64,000 nucleotides of DNA from Azolla caroliniana. Lineage: Eukaryota > Plantae > Polypodiophyta. The position numbers and the translations under genes are program-made. A model generated the notes under the pieces. It was not told the origin of the DNA and did not search any database. It worked only from the letters and a program-made list of their open reading frames with translations. This document shows, one piece after another, positions 57,562-64,000 of this stretch. How positions within the stretch are numbered: position 1 is the first letter of the stretch; each line of letters starts with the position of its first letter. The stretch covers positions 27,714,001-27,778,000 of the forward strand of contig JBHGNT010000002.1 of assembly GCA_043228905.1 (NCBI GenBank), written 5' to 3'.

Positions 57562-59214
57562 CTGAGAACACAGACAAACACTAAGTATATTCAACAGATA
57601 ATATATCTATCTATCTATATATCAAAAAAAATGTGTTGGAGATATATTGGCATCATATATAACTAGCACTGAATGCTGAACAATCATTATGGACACAAAG
57701 CACAATGTGTTGACTGAAAATAGATCACAAAATAAGTACTGTACGGTTTATTGTGCGCACTAACACAGTTTTGAAGATTAATTATCTACAACAAAATGCA
57801 TTGAATATAGGCAAATCAACTATAGAAGAAAACTCGTTGGTGATTAATGGTATTTACATACAAAACATTGTCAAAAATAGATTTTGATTATACAAAACAC
57901 GAAGTATTGAAGAAAGATTATATAGAGAATGTCTCAAAGATGGGCAGTAAATGTATTAAAGCTACCCTATACAGAAACACGAAGTGAACATATAGGTTGT
58001 ATATACAAATATAAAGTATCGACGATAGGTTGTATTAACAAACAAATTGCTTCCATTTCTCCTTTTCTGGAACCTTGGCCACGTATGGATGTTAGTCATT
58101 GTATAGATGTTAATCAACACCTTCATATTTTTGTTCCAGATGGTTTTTAATACTAACCTTCAAGGAAAACGATGTCAGAAGACAGGAATCCTAATAATAG
58201 CCAAATCACTTTGACTATTTATAAAATGCTTGTAGGTAATGCTCAAGAGACAAACCTCACAATAGGCTCCAGAGTGAAACACAATCAACTGTAGTACTGA
58301 ATATTGCTGTATATTTGGTTTTGTATCAATACCATGCATTCAACTTGAATGGTTTTAGCTTCAATCAGTCTTTGGCTGACAACCAAGTTTATGTTATTAA
58401 CGCCTGGAATTGTGACCCCAAGAGGGCACGCTACACTCAGAAACTTGGGCTCAGTTCCAACTGCAGACTGCAACTTGCCTGGGGTGTGTCCCCTCACCTG
58501 CAAACCCGACTGAGTGTTTTGAGTTACTTAAGCTGGTACATACAAGTCAGATGCCAATTCTGACCTTCTGATCAAGGGTCAGGTCTGAACTGAACCTGGT
58601 TCGACGGTTGTTTCAACCTGGCCACTTTAAAGTCGATGAATCCACCAGCAAATCAGTAGCTTATTAGAAAAGCTAGTTAGCAACTAAGCAGACGGGGAGC
58701 GTGGAGATTCCCAGCTCTCCTAATGTTAGGCTGTAACTGTTCAGTAACTTCTGGTAGCCCTAGGTGTAATTGCAGAGTAATTCCTCTAAAACTCACCATG
58801 GGCTGCTTCTTGCTGAACCAGGTCACACAAAAGTTCCCGACCATGAAGTGGTTGCCATTGAGTGCTGAGTGAGACACAGGTGTTGTAGCAAACCTCTATC
58901 AATGAAGGTAGATAGATAGAGTTGATGAGCATATTGTCATTGCAGCCAAACCTGCACATTATCTCCATGAGTTTGAGTTAGTTGATCACATTCAATTATG
59001 GCATTTGGAGCTTCTGGTTGTTGCTGTGTCCTTTGAAGGATAGACAAAATATTCAAAGACATCAGATGGTCTCCTTCAAAGGATAGACCCAAGTGTGTCA
59101 CGCAGCATCATCAAAATGCCAGAAAATAGAAATCTCCAATAGACAGTGTCCTCATTGAACTCATAAATCACTATGGACACATTGAAGCTATCACATTGTC
59201 AAAACAGTTGCATC

Positions 59215-59420
59215 TTTAGGAAATGCAAATTTGTGCATATATCTTAGAATACAATTCTTACACATGATTAGATGTGTACATGAATAGAAGAGAAATTGCA
59301 TACCATATCATGCATATTAAGCTGTGCAAGCTGCTGATATTTAAGTGGCTAAACCAGGGATGCCAAAGCTCCGTATTACAGAATGATTGAGCATCCACAG
59401 GTAATGTACCAATATAAGAA
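59215..59420 (-). mobile_element. Ty1/copia GAG-pre-integrase fragment (part of an older minus-strand copy)
   Basis: ELWHPWFSHLNISSL; reverse-complement similar to 61615-61775. Confidence 0.8.
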
Positions 59421-59624
59421 AAGAAATATGCAATTATTGAAGAAAGACTAATCAGGAAAAGCAAATTGCTAAAAAGTTGAAATTAGAATATTACATGTAC
59501 CCAGTACAAGGCCAGAAAAACAAGAACATGTTCAACGACATCTTACCACCCCCATGGACCTCAGCTCACCTGCAGATCTTACCCTTCTTCAAACTCACTT
59601 GCACAAGTTGGGCATTTAGGTAGC

Positions 59625-62620
59625 ATCATGGCATCAGAAAACAGTTTACAGGATATGCAATGAAGACACAGTTAAGGAATAATCTCACTTACTTCTCATA
59701 TGCTTAGCAATAAGGTGATTAGTGAAAATGATGAGGATTTGTTAACTGGAAGTGATAACTTGGGTGCCGTACTCAATGCACTGCCTCAAAGATTCAGCAC
59801 ATGCACACAAACATTATTTTCTAATGGGATTTTTTACTAAAAAGTAGCAATCCCCCTTTTCAGAAAAGAGACATACACAATGTGTGTAATTATTCCGGTT
59901 TCATAGGTCAAATTTGGCCTACTTGGGAACAGTAAAAACTCTAATTTTTGGCCATTAAATTTCTGATATATGTCAACCCTAACTGCACAACAACTGAAGC
60001 AACCAGTTTTCAGCACAACACAATAACTCTTCTCTATTTCTTCCAGCTCATTGCTTACTATTCTTCAATATTGCACTGATTTAGTACATTTTGGTGAACA
60101 AAACGACCAAGTTTTGCAATACTCATATATATTTCTGGCAGTAATAATTTTTGGCATGCTTAATGCTAAAGACAGGTTGGATGGTACTAACTATCCTATG
60201 TGGGCATACATGATGAGGCATGTATTGGTTGCAATGCAGCTATGAGATATTGACATTGACTCTAATGAACACCCAACTTCAAGTACTTCTCCAAACTCTC
60301 CTTCCCTTTAGGAATAGCTCAAGCTCCATTCCTCAACAACCCACCTCTTCACAACTTAAGTGGGATGGTAAGGATGCTCAAGTCCATGCTCTCATTGCAT
60401 TGTCAGTCAAGCATCACATCGTTCCACATATCTGATCATGCATCACCTCCAAAAGTGCTTGTGATGTGTTAAAGAACCTATATGTTCAAAGGAACGAAGC
60501 AAGAGTTGTTATTTTCAAGCAACAACTTGAAGAGACAAAGGTGTAAGAAGGTGATTCCATGGATGTATTCTTGAAAAAGATCAAAGACTTACAGAAATAA
60601 TTACTCAACATTGATGAAGTGATTTCTGACAAGCAATTAGTTTCTAAAGTTCTTGCAACTCTTCCAAACTCATATCAAGGCTTTGCCACGACAATAAGGC
60701 TGCTTACAAGAGGTAAAGAGAGCTTTAGCTTTGATTTTCTCTTATAGGAATCTCAATCTTGAGAAAATCGGGATGATCATAGTGGTGATCAAGCTTTTGT
60801 TACCTCCTCCTGCTTACAAGAGGTAAAGAGAGCTTTAGCTTTGATGAGCTAATCCCCTTTCTCTTATAGGAATCTCAATCTCGGGAAAATCGGGATGATC
60901 ATAATGGTGATCAAGCTTTTGTTACCTCCTCCAAGTTCAAAATCCAACAAAAATGAAAACAAAATAACCCTCCTTCTAAAGGCAATGATGCCTCCACTTT
61001 CCGTGTTGAGAAGAAGAAGAAAAGGTGAAATTACTGTTGTAAGCTAGCTCATGACATTACCAAATGTTGAAAGAGGAAAGCTAGTGAAGAGAAGAATAAA
61101 CAATAGTGTTAGCATCTCTATTAGTAAGAAGGAAGAAACACACATTACTCGACATGAGTGGGCATCTTCCATATACACGGTGTATGATCCCTCAGAGGAT
61201 GGCACATATTTATCAGTAAGAGAGTCTAAGGATGCTTGGTATTTTGATAGCGTAGCTAAGCACATAAGCACTTGTAAAAATTCTCTGTCATAAGGCGGGC
61301 ATAATTACTTGTGCAACATTGCTTCTTACATCATCAAAGACATTAGTTGAGTTCATATTACAGCCATCAATGTGGTAGTAGTCATCTTGAACAATGTTCT
61401 CTATGTCCTTGGCAAATGAAAAACTATCTTTCGGTTTCAGCCATTGCTATGCATGGATATCCTCTACGATAAATGTGCAATACATGATTGTAGAAAGGGC
61501 AATATCATTGTCAGACGATGTATCTTATTCAACAACCTTTAGATGCTTGACATATATCAGAACTTTGATGACCAAAATGCATCAGCAGTGGTTGCCCAAA
61601 CACAAAGCAATTCTGAACTATGACATGCTCGGGTCGGCCATTTCGATTTCAGCAGCCTTGCACAGCTTAGTAAGCATGATATGGTATGCAATCTTCCTTC
61701 TATTCATGTACCATCTAATCACGTTTATGAGGGCTGTATTCTAGGAAAGGTGCACAGATTTTCATCTCCAAAAGATGTAATGTTTTGGCGACACACAAGC
61801 TTCAGCTAGTACATAGTGATGTATGTGGCTGAATGAGAATATTAATTTGAGGTTATTTTTATTTTCTTACATTCATTGATGATGCTACCTGACACACTTG
61901 GTACATCCTTTGAAGAAGAAATCCAACGTCTTTTCATGCTTCAAAGAATTTACATCTTGCTGAAAATCTCAGCAATCATAAAGTTGTTACTCTTTGCACC
62001 AACTCCATGTCCCAAGAGTTCAATGCTTTCTTTATGGACAGAGGTATTATCCATCAATGCATGAATCCATACACACCACAACAAAACAGTTTGGTGTAAG
62101 AAAGAAAAGATCTCTGATGGAGATGGCAAGATGCATGCTCGATGGTAAGAACGTACCTCACAGTTTTTTGTTGGAAGCTGTAATCTGTGCAAACTATGCT
62201 CCAAAATGTTGTGGTTGAAGGTGATCGACTAACCCAACCTCATGGAAGTAATGTGCAGGTTTTGCATCAGCAACAGAATGCTCTAAATAGAGATGTAGAG
62301 CAGCCAAACAATGCTCAAATGGATCTCTTGCAACAGTTCCAATGTGGTTGAAAATGAGCAACAAAACATTGCTGATAGTAATGTTGATTTACAGGTCATT
62401 AATCAACCTGATGTTGACATGGAATTGGAGGAAGAATAAGCCTATTCTAAGAAAACAAGAAAAAACAGTCCCTAAATTGCTGATTAACACCCTTATGGGC
62501 AGCAAACTCACATTTCCTCTTCAAGGTGAAATCCAGTCAGCCAATCAGCAAGCTAAACTGCAGCATGTGCATCATGCTCTTATCGCTGAAATTTGTGATG
62601 AGGAGCCACTCTCGCACTTT
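59625..62620 (+). mobile_element. Degenerate Ty1/copia internal region (gag, protease, integrase); no RT or LTR visible
   Basis: PBS-like TGGCATCAGA near 59629; gag MLNAKDRLDGTNYPMWAYMMRHVL from 60156; protease AWYFDSVAKH; pre-integrase HARVGH; integrase LQLVHSDVCG and RSLMEMARCML; many stops and frameshifts. Confidence 0.88.
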
Positions 62621-62699
62621 AGGAAAAATCAATAGACAAGGAAAACGAGCTTGTGATTACAATGATGTAGAATGGTGTAGAACTACATGTAGCTGGAAA

Positions 62700-63700
62700 C
62701 CAAACAATAACCTAACAAGGTCCACACCATTCTAACTATGTTCACACCAAAGCTTTTATAGGATGGATACACATTAAGTGTAACATGAATGACATAAGAA
62801 GCATTAATGACTCAGGTACTTGTGCACCATTTATAGGAGCATCCTCAAGACTAACAAAGAAATTCCTGCAAGAGGTCATTTGCATCACCACCAAAATACC
62901 AAACATTATTAGACTCACTTACCAATAAGCATGTGTCATGCTATGAAGGATCACACACAATGTAAATGAAGAGTGCCTACTTATGTTGAACAATGGATGA
63001 TTCTTTCTTTAGACCAGTAGACGTGGTAACACAAAACTTGGTTTGTTTTTTCTGCTCTTCTCTTATTTTCCTCTTTTGACATTCACAAATGTCATGTCGT
63101 CATTTATAACAATAGTTGAATTGTTTCTCCTTCTTGCCATGCATAGTTAAGGCATCCTTGCTTTTGATTGAAAAATTGTTATGCTTTTGTCCATGTTTGG
63201 CTTTGAATTTGAAGTGAAAATCAAAGCTTGATCACCACTTATGAGAACATCTTGTTTTGCATGAGAGGATTACTGTAAGGAATGGGAGACTAGCTCATCA
63301 AAGTTGTAACTATCTTTTACTCTTTTAAGGAACCTTATTATAGTGGAAAATCATTGATATGAATAAGGATGAGCTGCAAGAACCTTGGAAAACAATTGCT
63401 TGCCTAAAATAACTTCAAATGATATTGACTAGTTGTTTCTTGAGGTCTTTGATCTTCGACAACAATGCATCCATGGTATCACCTTCTTGCATCTTTGTAT
63501 AATCATGTTTCCACTAAAGCATGATAACTCTGGCTTCACTCTGTTGAGCATAGAGATTTTTTAATATACCCCATGCACCTTTCAAAGTGGCACACGATAA
63601 GATATGTAGAGCAACATGTTGCTTTACTAACAATGCAATGAGAGTGTGAGCTAAAGCATCCTTGACATCCCACTTAAGCTGTGAAAGAGTGGCTCTATGC
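62700..63700 (-). mobile_element. Ty1/copia gag-protease fragment of the same family, opposite strand
   Basis: QLKWDVKDALAHTLIALLVKQHV...KNLYAQQSEARV matches QLKWDGKDAQVHALIALSVKHHI...KNLYVQRNEARV. LLVSESNNVWYFGG near 62930-62890 matches LSVRESKDAWYFDS. Confidence 0.85.
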
Positions 63701-64000
63701 AAATGTAACTTTGTATTCAGGTGAGAAATTAATCTACTTGCTATAGATGTTGAAAACGAAAATTGCCAATGCTTTGGCTGCTCTAAATCTGTCTGCCTAT
63801 GTGCTTCAGTAATTAAGATTTTGCAAGAATGCTCAAAGCACCAGTTTGTAAGAATGAGTTCTAAAAGACTACTCGGCTATTTTAAAAACTGGTTATTATT
63901 TAATTAATGGTTGGCTACCATAACCAAGACACCATGAAGTGGGAAGACCAACAATTATAGCCAAGAAATCATGAAATGGAAGACCAATTGTTACAGCCAA

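Noticed and set aside
58160-59200. Candidate upstream exons of the 57.4-kb gene, or an LTR
   Set aside because: No convincing in-frame exon or LTR termini could be established from sequence alone.

Overview
AT-rich, intron-rich, transposon-dense eukaryotic nuclear DNA from a land plant. A fern or other seed-free plant is my inference from the repeat types and cannot be proven here. Two complete multi-exon genes were reconstructed by hand: a 13-exon sterol C-24 methyltransferase SMT1 (+, 12248-17889, 346 aa) and a 14-coding-exon FRIGIDA-interacting protein 1 / TMEM192-like gene (-, 37036-20190, 378 aa). The window also holds an intronless ATL-type RING-H2 E3 ligase (+, 51045-52094), two tRNA-Ile(AAT) genes and two partial genes at the edges. 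Mobile DNA includes a near-full-length RTEX-like LINE nested in an older copy of itself inside a 9-kb intron, a 5'-inverted (twin-primed) L1 insertion with a 19-bp TSD, other truncated LINEs, a hAT MITE, a pogo/mariner-like MITE and nested, inverted Ty1/copia relics. I found no clearly new multi-gene system. The most interesting signals are retroelement mechanisms (twin priming, a shared 3' stem-loop plus (TCTT)n tail, self-nesting) and intronic structures (a long hairpin, duplicated splice acceptors).
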